Assembly (NCBI GenBank): GCA_024679065.1
Contig: JAGIQG010000043.1
Location: forward strand, 2,232,001-2,296,000
Length of the DNA: 64,000 nt
Direction of reading: 5' to 3'
From: Sphyrna mokarran
Lineage: Eukaryota
The translations under genes and the position numbers were made by a program. The notes below the pieces were generated by a model. That model did no database searches, was not told where the DNA came from, and worked only from the letters and a program-made list of their open reading frames with translations. Shown one piece after another: positions 1 to 14,799 of this stretch; the first letter of the stretch is position 1; the number at the start of each line of letters is the position of its first letter.

Positions 1-2139
1 GCCCCTCTCACGCCTGCCTCCAACACCACCTCAGACAGCGAGTTCCAGACTACTACCACTCTATGTAAACAATTTGCTCCTCACATTTCCTTTGAACTTT
101 CCCCTCCGATTTAAGTACATGCCCCTTAGCAACGGGGAGGAATTTGAAATTTCACAGTAAGTTTTTTGCAGTGTTAATATGAGCCTTACTTCTGACTAAT
201 ACATTGCATTTAAACTTGAAAAGGTTGACCCATATCCTCACCTTTGATCCCTGGTTCGTGACACAATCTGCTTGCACAGAAACGGGGAAAGATTTGGATG
301 GACTGTGTGTGAATAAATTTGAAACGCAGTGGAAGCTTTAGTGAGTTATTTCGATGCTCCCCTGATGTAGAGAACACACTGTCCGTTGATTGCCAGAATA
401 CTTCACTTGTGAATTAATTTGCCTATCTTTGACTTATCTTCCAAATTGGGCGTTGAATAAACACACGGACATGATGTCACATTCACGAGGATAGTATACA
501 TAAGATCATTCACGCAATAGGCTAGTTTTTGTTCATTGTATCAAAGCTGGGAGCAGGCAGTCTGCTGTTTGCGGTTTCAAGTTGAGAGGTCCTCCCCAGG
601 CAGTTCTGTGCGTGCAGTGCCTCAACTTTGAAAACAAGCAATTCACTGACAGCTTCTGGCTTGAAAACATTTCCATCAGTGATGTAAAGTGGATAGAATC
701 TTGGCTCGCGACTTGCACCCCTCGATACCGCAGAACATGCAAGCCGTCCTTGTGTGGGTAGAAGCTAGGAGCCGTGGACAGAGACAATGCGCCTCTTTGC
801 TGTCACACCAATCCCTCTGTTATAGGGTCGACTGACTCGCTTCATTTTCATTCTAGGTCATGCACTTATGGAGGACAGTTCAGGCACTCAGCTACCAGTA
901 GTCGGAAGCCAAACTACAAATTCATTCTACAAATCTTTTCATATTACAGGAGAAGCGATGGCTGAGTGGCATTATCGCTGGACTCTTAATCCAAATACTC
1001 AACCGCTGTTCTGCCGACCCTGGTTCTAATCCTGCCACAATAGCTGGAGGAATGTGAATTCAGTAGAAGATATGTGGAATTCAAAGTCTACTGATGACCA
1101 CATAACTATTTTCTATGATCTGGGAACCCCCCCCCACCAAACTTCCTCAATACCCTTTAACGAAGGGAATCTGCTCCCCTTATCTATTCTGGCCTACACG
1201 TGACTCCGGATACACAGCAATGTTGTTGACTCTTAACTGCCCCCGGGCAACTAGGGATAGGCAAAAATTGCTGGACAGCCAGCGATGTCCAAGCGATGTG
1301 ATCCTTTTGTGGCAACGCGCGTTTGCCCTTATTGTCCTGACGATTATGTGATATTGTTTCCTGAGGGTTCTTAGAGAATTTACACGTTTCACCGAATTCA
1401 CTGCAGAACTAGGTCATGTTTCCAATGAGAGAATCCAATGAACATCAAATTTGCCCCATTAACAGTTCCAAATGTTTTATCTGTTAGAATGATGCATAAT
1501 GACCCTTTGCAATAACTGCCACGTTGATCAGGATTCTACTCTTTATTCTCATTGGGATTTGAAGTCTTAAGACAGCTGATAAGACGAGGGCTGATGTTTA
1601 GCAGGCACATTTTAAAATTAATGGTTTGTTTTAATTTGCATTGGCTTGAAACACCACTTGTAGTTCGTTTGTTTCCCCCTCCCCCCACCGGAAATCTGAG
1701 TGAACAGCTCCCTCAAGGCAAAATGAGTGAATGATCCATTTCATAATATTGACCAGTAACTTCGTCACTCTTTTGGTCGACAACTTCAACTTTTTGGTTT
1801 CCAGATCATCAGTAATCTGTCCTGGTCCCTTCATGCCGTAGATATGCTTAGGGAAGTTCACCAATGCCTCTACTTTCTCAAATGGCTAAGGAAATTCGAC
1901 GTTTCTGCATGATAAAAAACATCCTTTCCGGATGTCACACAGGTTCGTACGGCTCCTGCTCTGACCAACACTGCAAAAACTACAAATGGTTGTGAATGAA
2001 GCCATCTGCATTTTACTGTTGTCAGATTATCTGATCAAATCTGATGAAATCATTTATCTGTCATATTGGCACTTCCTGGAATAGGCTGGTATGCATCATC
2101 CACTGGGGACTTCTAATTGAAGTTTGTTACAACAGATTC

Positions 2140-3427
2140 ATAGAACATAAAACATAGAACATTACAGCGCAGAACAGGCCCTTCGGCCCTCGGTGTTGCG
2201 CCGACCAATTAGGAACAAGCAGTGACCCTCTAACCTAAACAATTCCCTTTTCATCCATAAACTCATCTACTAACCTCTTAAATGCCATCAAACTTGACGC
2301 ATCTACAACTGACGCAGGCAATGCATTCCATACCCTTACCAGCCTCTTGCTAAAGAATCTAGAACAAAGAACAAAGAACAACACAACACGGGAAACAGGC
2401 CCTTCCGCCCAACGAGCCCGCGCCGCCGTCCTAATGTCTTAATGACATATAGAGACAAATATAGGGACAATTTGTTACCCAATCAGCCTAAGAGCACATT
2501 TTTGGAATGTGGGAGGAAACCGGAGCACCCGGAGAAAACCCACGCAACCACGGGGAGAACGCACAAACTCCCACAGACACAGGCCCAAATCCATGTGTCT
2601 GCACAGCAACAGCGATAGTCTCTGAGCTGTCATGTTGCCCACCACCCCTTAATTTAAAGCTATGTCCCCACGTGCTAGCTTTCTCCATCCTAGGAAAAAG
2701 GCTATCACTGTCCACCCTATCTAAACCTCTAATCATAGAACATAGAACATAGAACATTACAGCACAGAACAGGCCCTTCGGCCTTCGATGTTGTGCCGAC
2801 CAAAATAAAAAGCAATGCCCCTCCAAACTAAACCATTCCCTTCTCTTCCATATATTAAGGTCACCTCTTAGCCGCCTTCTTTCGAACAAAACCAACCTCA
2901 AATCCCTCAGCCTCTTTTCATAAGACCTGCCTTCTATACCATCCTGGTAAACCTCCTCTGTGCCCTCTCCAATGCCTCCACATCTTTCTTATAATGTGGG
3001 GACCAGAACTGCACACAATACTCCAAGTGCGGCCGCACTAGAGTTTTTAACAGTTGCAACATGACGTTGTGGCTCCCAAATTCAATCCCTCTACCAATAA
3101 AAGCTAAGACTCCATATGTCTTCTTAACAACTTTATCGACTTGATTGCCAACTTTCAGGGATCTATGCACACATACAGCAAGATCCCTCTGTTCATCAAC
3201 ACTATTAAGAGTCCTACCATTAGCCCTATACTCTACACATTTGTTATTCCTGCCAAAGTGAATTACCTCACACTTTTCCACATTAAACTCCATTTGCTAC
3301 CTCTCGGCCCAGCTCTGCAACTTGTCCAAGTCTCTCTGCAAACTATAACACCCCCCTTCACTATCTACCACTCCACCGACTTTGGTGTCATTCGCAAATT
3401 TACTAATCCATCCTTCAATACTCTCAT
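2140..3427 (-). mobile_element. Nested stack: CR1/HER1-type LINE 3' fragment interrupted by a SINE (2361-2640) and a second CR1 tail (about 2735-2855)
   Basis: (TAGAACA)n tails; ORF2 C-terminal peptide [16 protein letters not shown] (2934-3293); absent from copies B and C. Confidence 0.85.
2361..2640 (-). mobile_element. V-SINE (HE1-like) with degenerate tRNA-derived head
   Basis: Central V-domain GTTCTCCCCGTG..GCGTGGGTTTTCTCCGGGTGCTCCGGTTTCCTCCCAC and CR1-type (TGTTCTT)n tail. Confidence 0.75.
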
Positions 3428-3654
3428 CTGGGTTCCCCGTCATTGAGCTTAGAAATATGATTGGAGCTTCCTAATCTGTTAAGTGTCGCAGTTAATACCT
3501 CCATTCGCTACTGAATGGAACAGGACAGCAGTTGACAGTGATTTCCTTTAGTTCTGTCTATCGCATGCTGCATTCGCCGTTTGTCACGCAAGTCTTCGTG
3601 TGCTGTACCTTAACGACGTTACATTCTTTTTTAATGTAATCTCCCAGTCAGTAC

Positions 3655-4111
3655 ATAGAACTTAGAACATAGAAGATAGAACATTACAGCGCAGAACAGG
3701 CCCTTCGGCCTTCGATGTTGCGCCGACCAATTATGAAAAAAGCAATGACCCTCCAAACTAAACCATTCCCTTCTCTTCCATAAACTTATCAACTAACCTC
3801 TTAAACGCCACCAAACTTGGCGCATCTACAACTGCCGCAGGCAGGGCATCCACTCCCTAACCACTAATAGGGTAAGAAACCTATCTCTGATATTCGTCCT
3901 GTGTAAACTATCGCCCCTAATTTAAAGCTATTTCCCCTCGTACTAGCTTTCTCCATCTAGGAAAAAGGCTATCACTGTCCACCCTATCTAAACCTCTAAT
4001 CATCCTATATGGTTGGGAAAGGTCTCCTCTTAGCAGCCTTCTTTCGAATCGAAACAACCTCAAATTCCTCAGCCTCTCATCGTTCAAGACCAGAACCAGA
4101 CATCGAACCAG
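3655..4111 (-). mobile_element. CR1/HER1-type LINE 3' end, specific to copy A
   Basis: CR1 tail and ORF2 end, flanked by an ACAT duplication; site is empty in copies B and C. Confidence 0.8.
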
Positions 4112-7100
4112 ACATCCTTCAAGTGGATTTCAAGATGGAGGAATATTGATGCATGAGCTGAGGCGGACAGTATGAGGCAAATAGCAGAACACTTTCTTGT
4201 CCATGGATGTGCTGTTGACAAGTGACGTGCTCCAGAGATGTTGGGAACTCAGTGCATAAATCTGCGATTCTATCTGTGTTCAGCCTTTGTAGTACTGTAG
4301 CGCCACCTCAGGGATGGTGTTGGTAATGTCTAAGATTTCCTCTACCGGATCTGATTTCCTGAGTATGCTGATTTCCTAAGTATGCCGATTTACAGCTTTT
4401 TGTTTTCCTATTCGGGGGTAGGGGGTCGGCCGAGGTGGCTGGGGGAGGTGTAGTAGGGAGGGGTCGGTAGGTACAGAATGTATTTCCTCTAAACTTAGAA
4501 GAGAACCCTCCCCCTCCCCTAGATATTATTAAGTTGTACTTTGAAGGGTCAACTTTGCATTTTTTTCTGCTGTTGTTTTTGGTGTCTCTATCAATATGGG
4601 GCGATTTTTCCTGATCTTTTCTTATTGCACCATTTTTATATCATGGGGTGACAGAAAAACTATCTCAGAGGTCCGGAATCATAAGTGGCCAATGTCAGAC
4701 TGGGCGCAGAGTGACCATTTCATACCCTAAATGTTTCTTTATGACGATCGATCACGGTTTCGGAGTCTGTATAACCGGGAGATATTTTTGGACTGTAACT
4801 ACAATTACTTCCGTTATCAACTGAAATTTAATTCCACATTTTCCGAATTCTATCGTACATCCCAAACGGATTTGTCTGGATACGTCAAAGGATGTGACCA
4901 CCGGTGGACTGTGTCCCTGTTTTACAATTCAAGTGGTGTATCTTTTTTTAAATGATTTAAATATTAATGGCATGGTTTTTTATGTGAAATATTTCATGAC
5001 CAATATTCATCCCAGATTGCTTATAATCCACGTGCCAGTTTCATATTCTATGCACAATAAATGAACTGATATGAGGCTGATTTGACACCTACATATGTAC
5101 ATCAGCGGGGGTGCACAAGGAGAAACTTAAAACGTTTTTCTGCATTGAACAAAGGCCGATATGAAGACAAGAAGGAGCCTAGAAGTTAAGTGGATTATCT
5201 AAGATTTCCAAACGGATCCACTGCAGTCACGGACAGGAACTAAACGGTCAATCTTAATATCGAAGAATCTCAACAAACAACTAAACAATGTTAAGATAAT
5301 GGGATTTATTAGTAACATCGATAATAATAATTTTAGAAAGACATGTTTGATTTCAGTATGTTTGGTACTTTCCACGGACGGGCGAGTTTGAGAATACCTG
5401 GGACTTTAGATAAACACTGGATGGCTTGTGGTAATATTATTGGATTTATTTTATAATTAAGTTGCTATGGGATTCTGCACCCTAAAGGTTTGTTTATTTA
5501 TGAGTCGAACCAGGGAAGAATCTTTGCTGGAAAATATTCTGTAAAATTAATGTTCATGGTGTAATGTAATTTGTGTGTAATTTTTGTATCATTTCTAATA
5601 AATGGATAACTTTAATATTTAAAAGCATCAGTCGTGTTGTGGAATTTCTAGCACCTGATCTAGTACACCTACCTTCTTGTAGAAAGGGACAAGTAAAAGG
5701 CGGATGGAATGATGTGACTTGTTATTGTCCCATATATTAGGATACAGTGAAATTTATTATCTCTTGCGCACCATACAGACAAGACATACCATTGAAAGAG
5801 TATGTGGAGGTAAAGAAAAGAGAGAGTGCACAGTATAATGCTGCAGTTACCGAATTGTGGACAAAGTTCAGCTTAATATGTGATAGGACCTTTCTAAAGT
5901 CCGATAGCATCAGGGAAGAAGCTGCCCTCGAATCGGTTAGTCCATGTTTGCAGATTTTTGTGTCATGTCCCGCGTAGAAGATGATGAAGGACAGAATGTC
6001 CAGGATGCGTTGTGTCCTTAATTATGCTGGCTCCTTTCCTGAGACAGCGGGAAGTGTAGACAGAGCCAGTGGATGGGAGGCTGGTTTGCATGACGGACTG
6101 AGCGACGTTCACGACTCATGATAATTTCTTGCGGTCTTGGACCAGGACACATAACAAACTGTGATACATAGAAAATGGATGCTTTCCATGGATCTTCTGT
6201 AAACTCTGATGAGTTCCACAGTGGACATAACGAATTTCCATTGCCTCTTGAACCGTTTTTTGCACTTTTGGTGAGGTCCATTTTGAAATGATGTGATGTG
6301 CTTCCAGATATTTTATCAATAAAGTATGTTTTTGCAACACACAAAAATACGGGAACAGCCCTCCATGTTGATGAGGCCCAAGACACCCAATATGATTGGC
6401 AGCATCATCTATTCCATGGCAGTTCCGACTCTGTTTTCTTTGAAATGCGGAGATCACTTCCTTGACACTGCATTCCTGTATAGAAACTGTTCCTTCCAAG
6501 ACCATCCCAACTCAGTCTATCAGATTATCAGGGAGCTATTCCATAATTTGATTCAGCATCATCCCTGCTGTTTGTTTCCCTGTCAAAGGTACATTGAATC
6601 CCACGTGCCATTCCTGACAAAGAAGAGGAAATGGGAATTATTTGAAGTAATTGAACACCCTAGAAGAGGATTCATCCGCTCCATCTCCACTATGTCCATA
6701 CTTTCATCATGCCATATCCCTGAATTTGATCTCCCCTCATTCTTCTCAGTTCCAGAGAATATATGCCCTAAACGGTCCAATCTCTCTTTATCCCCTCATC
6801 ACTGGAATAAACCTAATGAATCCTCTCTGAACTGCGTCCAAAGTCACTACAACAATCTTCAAATAAAGATAAGGAAACTAGTCACAATAGTCCAGGTGCG
6901 GCCTCAACAATGCCTTCTCTAGTTGCATCAATACTTCCTTACCATTCTGTTCTATTCGTTTAGCTGCAGACTGATTTCTATGCCGTTTTTCATGACAACA
7001 CTGACCTCTTCAATCAAATGTTGGGACTGCCTCCTGAAACAACAGCTGGTTGAGAGTGTGGAAATCAATGCCTGAAGGAAGAGTACCTTACAACGTTTAA

Positions 7101-7800
7101 GATGTATTTAGATGCCCACTTGCGATGCACAAGTTATACAAGAAAACGGACCAAATTCTGCAAAAGTTAATAGGATAATTAGGCTGTTTGTCTCTGTCTG
7201 ACACAGACACGATGGGCTGAAGGGCATTTCCTGTGATATTTACCTTTCTAACTCTATTTGAATGTGTTCTTTAAGATGGATGCTTGCTGAGAAATATATG
7301 ACTCCATCCCAAACCCCTTAAATCCCAAATGAAACGAATGCCCTATTCTCCGAGTCATATCCTGGTGTAAAATTCCTCCTTCTCTTCGTGAATCTCTCAA
7401 TCTTATCCTCCAATAACTGCGTCCTCAGGCTGTAATCTGTGGTTTGACTCTTAAAGAGCTCACATGGAACAGAACTGCACAGTACAGGCCCTTTGGCCCT
7501 CAGTGTTGTGCCGAAATATGTCGAATCCCAAGATCAAGCTATCCCCGCCGTGTGCCTATCCAATAAGGGCTTGAAAGTACCCGACTCCACTCTCACAGCA
7601 GGCAGTCTATTCCACATCCCAACCACTCTCTTCGTAAAGAACCTATCCCGAACATCCTTCCTGTATCTCCCACTATGAATTTTATAGTTATGCCCCTAGA
7701 AACAGCTACATCACCAGAGGAAATAGTCTCTGCACTTCCACTCAATCCCCTTCATCATTTTATAAGTATTATTTTATTATCATTTTATAATCATTTTACT

Positions 7801-8135
7801 TTCAGAATAGAATAGAATAGAATCATTACAGTGCAGAAGGAGGCCATTTTAGCACTTAAAGGTTCCACTGGCAATGACCCCAGACAGGCAATATATCCGT
7901 AACGTATCTTACACTCTGAGCACCCCCTCCCACACACCCACCTCCCAACAGTAAGGGATAATTTAGCATGGCCAATCCAACAAACCCATACATCTTTGGG
8001 TTGTGGGAGGAGGCTGGAGCATCGACAGGAATCCCATGCCGACACTGCGAGATTGTGCAAATTCAACACAGTCACCCAAGGCCGGAATTGAATCCGAGCC
8101 CCTAAGTACTGTGAAATATTAGTGCTAACCGCTTT
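7801..8135 (-). mobile_element. Old V-SINE/HE1-like SINE at the left boundary of the duplication unit (paralog at about 35349-35690)
   Basis: AATTTAGCATGGCCAATCC core, tRNA-like head on the minus strand, (AGAAT)n tail. Confidence 0.65.
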
Positions 8136-11100
8136 GCCACTGTCCATTAGTTGGAGAGATTTGGCACAGACTCAGTGTAAAGGGTTGACCCTTTCGCACC
8201 GAGAAGAGAAGGGATTCCTTCAGCCAGAGAGACGTTAATATGTGGAACTCATTGCCGCAAAAGGCTGTGAAAGCCAAGTCATTGAGCGTATTTAAAACAG
8301 AGGTAGATAGGCTCCTGGTTGGCAAGTGGTTCAAAGGTTTAAAGGAAAAGGCAGGAAAATGAGGTTGAGAAGCATATCAGCCATGATCGAATGGCAGAGC
8401 AGACTCGATGGGCAGAATGGCGTAATTATGGTCCTTTATCCTATGGGCGCATTGGTCGGCAACATGTATGATTGATTGGTGGCATTGAGTTGTCATTGTA
8501 GAATGTATTGTCCATATTATGGAAGTGTATAACACTTCGATGTTGTGTTGAACATGATGGAAGTTAAACTTATCCCCTTTGCCTGACCTTGATCCATATC
8601 CCTATGTTTCTTGCATATTCATGTCCTTATCTAAAAGCCCCTTAAACGCCCCTATCAGGCCTGCCTCCAACACAAACTCAGGCAGCGCGTTCCAGACTAC
8701 TACCACTCTATGTAAACAATTTGCTCGTCACATTTCCTTTGAACTTTCCCCTCCGATTTAAGTACATGCCCCTTAGCAACGGGGAGGAATTTCAAATTTC
8801 ACAGTAAGTTTTTTGCAGTGTTAATATGAGCCTTACTTGTGACTAATACATTGCATTTAAATTTGAAAAGGTTGACTCATATCCTCATGTTTGATCCCTG
8901 GTTCGTGACACAACCTGCTTGCACAGAAACTGGAAAAAATTTGGATGGACTGTGGGTGAATAAATTTGAAACGCAGTGGAAGCTTTAGTGAGTTATTTCG
9001 ATGCTCCCTTGATGTGGAGAACACACTGCCGGTTGATTGGCAGAATACTTCACTTGTGAATTAATTTGCCTATCTTTGACTTATCTTCCAAATTGAGCGT
9101 TGAATAAACACACGGACATGATTTCACATTCACGAGGATAGTATACATAAGATCATTCACGCAATAGGCTAGTTTTTGTTCATTGTATCAAAGCTGGGAG
9201 CAGGCAGTCTGCTGTTTGCGGTTTCAAGTTGAGAGGTAAGATGTGTCCTCCCCAGGTAGTTCAGTGTGCGCAGTACCTCAACTGTGAAAACAAGCAAACC
9301 ACTGACAGCTTCTGGCTTGAAAACATTTCCGTCAGTGATGTAAAGTGGATAGAATCTTGGCTCGCGACTTGCACCCCTCGATATCCTCTGCACACCGCGG
9401 AACATGCGAGCGTCCTTGTGTGGGTAGAAGCCAGGAGCCGTGACAGAGACAATGCGCCTCTTTGCTGTCACACCAATCCTTCTATTACAGGGTCGACTGA
9501 CTCGCTTCATTTTCATTCTAGGTCATGCACTTATGCAGGACAGTTCAGGCACTCAGTTCCCAGTAGTCAGAAGCCAATCGACAAATTCATTCTACAAATC
9601 TCTTCATATTAAAGGAGAAGCGATGGCTGAGTGGCATTATCGCTGGACTATTAATCCAAACACTCAACTGCTGTTCTGGTGACCCTGGTTCTAATCCCGC
9701 CACGATAGCTGAAGGAATATGGATTCAGTAGAAGATATGTGGAATTCAAAGTCTACTGATGACCACACAACCATTTTCTATGATCAGGGAACCTCCCCCA
9801 ACCCCCCCCCCCCAAACTTCCTTAATACCCTTTAACGAAGGGAATCTGCTCCCCTTATCTGTTCTGGCCTATGCGTGACTCTGGATACACAGGAATGTTG
9901 TTGACTCTTAACTGCCCCCGGACAGCTTGGGATAGGGAAAAATTGCTGGACAGCCAGCGATGTCCAAGCGATGTGATCCTTTTGTGGCAACGCACGTTCC
10001 CCATTATTGCCCTGAAGATTATGTGACATGGGTTCCTGAGGGGTCTTAGAGAATTTACACGTTTCACCGAATTCACTGCAGAACTAGGTCATGTTTCCAA
10101 TGAGAGAATCCAATGAACATCAAATTTGCCCCATTAATAGTTCCAAATGTTTTGTCTGTTAGAATGATGCATATTGACCCTTTGCAATAACTGCCACGTT
10201 GATCAGGATTCTACTCTTTATTCTCATTGGGATTTGAAGTCTTAAGACAGCTGATAAGGTGAGGGCTGATGTTTAGTAGGCACATTTTAAAATTATTGTT
10301 TTGTTTTAATTTGAATTGGTTTGAAACATCACTTGTAGTTCGTTTGTTCCCCCCTTCCTCCACCGGAAATCTGAGTGAACAGCTCCCTCAAGGCAAAATG
10401 AGTGAATGATCTATTTCATAATATTGACCAGTAACCTTGTGTCTCTTTTGGTCGAGAACTTTAACATTCTTCTGTCCAGATCACCAGCAATCTGTCCTGA
10501 TCCTTTCATGCCGACGATATGGTTAGGGAAGCCCGCCAACGCCTCTACTTTCTCAGATGGCGAAGGAAATTCGACATTTCTGCGAGGCCTCTCACCAACT
10601 TTTACGATGCATCATAAAAAAAAAACATCCTTTCCGGATGTCACACAGGTTGGTACGGCTCCAGCTCTGACCAACACTGCAAAAACTACAAATGGTTGTG
10701 GATGAGGCCAACTGCATTTTACTGTTGTCAGATAATTTAATCAAATCTGATGAACTCATTTATCTGTCATATTGGCACTTCCTGGAATAGGCTGGGGTGC
10801 ATCATCCACTGGACACTTCTAATTGAAGTTTATTACAACAGATACATCCTTGCATTTTTCACTGATGTGCTGGGTTCCCCGACATTGAGCTTAGAAATAT
10901 GATTGGAGCTTCCTAACCTGTTAAGTATAGCAGTTAACACCTCCATTCCCTACTGAATGGAGCAGGACAGCAGTTGACAGTGATTTGCTTTAGTTCTGTC
11001 TATCGCATGCTGCATTCGCCGTTTGTCACGCAAGTCTTCGTGTGCTGTACCTTAACGACGTTACATTCTTTTTTAAGGTTCTCTCCCAGTCAGTACATCC

Positions 11101-14100
11101 TTCAAGTGGATTTCAAGATGGAGGAATATTGATGCATGAGCTGAGGCGGACAGTATGAGGCAAATAGCAGAACACTTTCTTGTCCATGGATGTGCTGTTG
11201 ACAAGTGACGTGCTCCAGAGATGTTGGGAACTCAGTGCATAAATCTGCGATTCTATCTGTGTTCAGCCTTTGTAGTACTGTAGCGCCACCTCAGGGATGG
11301 TGTTGGTAATGTCTAAGATTTCCTCTACCGGATCTGATTTCCTGAGTATGCTGATTTCCTAAGTATGCCGATTTACAGCTTTTTGTTTTCCTATTCGGGG
11401 GTAGGGGGTCGGCCGAGGTGGCTGGGGGAGGTGTAGTAGGGAGGGGTCGGTAGGTACAGAATGTATTTCCTCTAAACTTAGAAGAGAACCCTCCCCCTCC
11501 CCTAGATATTATTAAGTTGTACTTTGAAGGGTCAACTTTGCATTTTTTTCTGCTGTTGTTTTTGGTGTCTCTATCAATATGGGGCGATTTTTCCTGATCT
11601 TTTCTTATTGCACCATTTTTATATCATGGGGTGACAGAAAAACTATCTCAGAGGTCCGGAATCATAAGTGGCCAATGTCAGACTGGGCGCAGAGTGACCA
11701 TTTCATACCCTAAATGTTTCTTTATGACGATCGATCACGGTTTCGGAGTCTGTATAACCGGGAGATATTTTTGGACTGTAACTACAATTACTTCCGTTAT
11801 CAACTGAAATTTAATTCCACATTTTCCGAATTCTATCGTACATCCCAAACGGATTTGTCTGGATACGTCAAAGGATGTGACCACCGGTGGACTGTGTCCC
11901 TGTTTTACAATTCAAGTGGTGTATCTTTTTTTAAATGATTTAAATATTAATGGCATGGTTTTTTATGTGAAATATTTCATGACCAATATTCATCCCAGAT
12001 TGCTTATAATCCACGTGCCAGTTTCATATTCTATGCACAATAAATGAACTGATATGAGGCTGATTTGACACCTACATATGTACATCAGCGGGGGTGCACA
12101 AGGAGAAACTTAAAACGTTTTTCTGCATTGAACAAAGGCCGATATGAAGACAAGAAGGAGCCTAGAAGTTAAGTGGATTATCTAAGATTTCCAAACGGAT
12201 CCACTGCAGTCACGGACAGGAACTAAACGGTCAATCTTAATATCGAAGAATCTCAACAAACAACTAAACAATGTTAAGATAATGGGATTTATTAGTAACA
12301 TCGATAATAATAATTTTAGAAAGACATGTTTGATTTCAGTATGTTTGGTACTTTCCACGGACGGGCGAGTTTGAGAATACCTGGGACTTTAGATAAACAC
12401 TGGATGGCTTGTGGTAATATTACTGGATTTATTTTATAATTAAGTTGCTATGGGATTCTGCACCCTAAAGGTTTGTTTATTTATGAGTCGAACCAGGGAA
12501 GAATCTTTGCTGGAAAATATTCTGTAAAATTAATGTTCATGGTGTAATGTAATTTGTGTGTAATTTTTGTATCATTTCTAATAAATGGATAACTTTAATA
12601 TTTAAAAGCATCAGTCGTGTTGTGGAATTTCTAGCACCTGATCTAGTACACCTACCTTCTTGTAGAAAGGGACAAGTAAAAGGCGGATGGAATGATGTGA
12701 CTTGTTATTGTCCCATATATTAGGATACAGTGAAATTTATTATCTCTTGCGCACCATACAGACAAGACATACCATTGAAAGAGTATGTGGAGGTAAAGAA
12801 AAGAGAGAGTGCACAGTATAATGCTGCAGTTACCGAATTGTGGACAAAGTTCAGCTTAATATGTGATAGGACCTTTCTAAAGTCCGATAGCATCAGGGAA
12901 GAAGCTGCCCTCGAATCGGTTAGTCCATGTTTGCAGATTTTTGTGTCATGTCCCGCGTAGAAGATGATGAAGGACAGAATGTCCAGGATGCGTTGTGTCC
13001 TTAATTATGCTGGCTCCTTTCCTGAGACAGCGGGAAGTGTAGACAGAGCCAGTGGATGGGAGGCTGGTTTGCATGACGGACTGAGCGACGTTCACGACTC
13101 ATGATAATTTCTTGCGGTCTTGGACCAGGACACATAACAAACTGTGATACATAGAAAATGGATGCTTTCCATGGATCTTCTGTAAACTCTGATGAGTTCC
13201 ACAGTGGACATAACGAATTTCCATTGCCTCTTGAACCGTTTTTTGCACTTTTGGTGAGGTCCATTTTGAAATGATGTGATGTGCTTCCAGATATTTTACC
13301 AATAAAGTACATTTTTGCAACACACAAAAATACAGGAAAAGCCTTCATGTTGTTGAGGCCCTAGGCACCCAATATGATTGACAGCATCATCTATTCCATG
13401 GCAGTTCCGACTCTGTTTTCTTTGAAATGCGGAGATCTCTTTCTTGACACTGCATTCCTGTTCAGAAACGGTTGCTGACAAGACCATCCCACTTCAGTTC
13501 ATCAGATTATCAGGGAGCTATTCCAGAGTCTGATTCAGCATCATCACTGCCGTTTGTTTCTCTGTAAAGGTACATTGACTCCCACTGCCATTCGTGGCAA
13601 AGAACAGGAAATGGGAATTATTTGAAGTAATTGAACATGTCAGAACGCCCCAAAAGAGAACGCATCCGCTCCATCTCCACTTTATCCATACTTTCATCAT
13701 GTCATACCCCTGAATTTGATCTCCCCTCATTCTTCTCAGAGTATATGTAGACAGTATATGCCTAAACGTTTCAATCTCTCTTTATCCCTTCATCACTGGA
13801 ATAAACCTAGTGAATCCCCTCTGAACTGCGTCCAATGTCACTACAACAATCTTCAAATAAAGATAAGGAAACTAGTCATAATACTGATTTCCCCGTGGTG
13901 TATGTACAGCCACTGTGCTATTAGAGAGGTGTGCAAAATTGTATCCTTAGCGACAGTGAAGGAAGGATGATCTACTTCCAAATAAGAATGGTGTAAGACT
14001 TGGAGGGAAGTCTCCAAGTGCTTGTGTTTCCCTCGCACCTGCTGTCCTTGCCCTTCGTGTTAATCAAAGGACAAGGGTAACAGAGGGATGAAAATTGCTT

Positions 14101-14799
14101 TCAATGGGGAATGCCTGTGGTACTCACGGCTGTCACTGTGCATTGGTGGAAGAGGGAGTGAATGTGAATTGTGTGTGAAACAATCAAGTGGGGCTGCTTT
14201 ACTCACCTGACCAATCCGTTACATTGCCCATGTCTTGTTGCATGCTGGAACGGAAGGTCTCAGTAACGGAGGAGTTTGGAACGGAACATAGTGTATCGAT
14301 ATTTAGCTGTAGGTGACAATTCGAAGTGGAACAATCTTGAAGAGTTAAAAGTACAGACAGAGAGATGGTTGCTTTTGATTTTGAGTTACGATTCAATAGC
14401 TCCGAATGGAATCCTGCCAAGGTCAGTTCAATCAAGTTGGACAGGAATTGGAGAAGGGCGGTATTGTCAGCCCTGCTGCTGGCTACATGTGAATGATGTT
14501 TTCGGAGAGATTATCGGAGTCGCTATCCCAAATGACATGTGAGGCCTTGAAATGGACCGTGGCCTGTGAAGGCAACTGACTGGAGGGAGGCAGAAATGGA
14601 ATTATGGTGAAGCTGAGTGTGGAAATGAAATCTTACAGCATATTGGAGGACGTTGGTGAGGAAACGTATGTTGGAAATGGGATGTTAAATTGAAAGGACA
14701 AAGGTTTTAAGAGTCTAATTCTGGATTGAGGTGAGAACAGCGTCTTTGCAGAGAGGGACAATTACCAAGGAGACGGATCTACTTACAATATAGGCTCAG

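Larger units (their letters stand above)
1..6890 (+). repeat. Partial (gene-less) copy A of the segmental duplication unit
   Basis: Position 1 aligns to 8648 and 36200. Collinear with the other copies apart from TE insertions until about 6890. Confidence 0.9.

Noticed and set aside
4731-4955. 74-aa ORF repeated at 11714 and 39220 (similarly the ORFs at 5747 and 12730) as conserved small genes
   Set aside because: Recurrence is explained by the segmental duplication; there is no domain or splice support.
6326-6922. 198-aa ORF as a host gene
   Set aside because: It is not kept open in copies B and C, overlaps decayed LINE sequence and has no recognisable domain.
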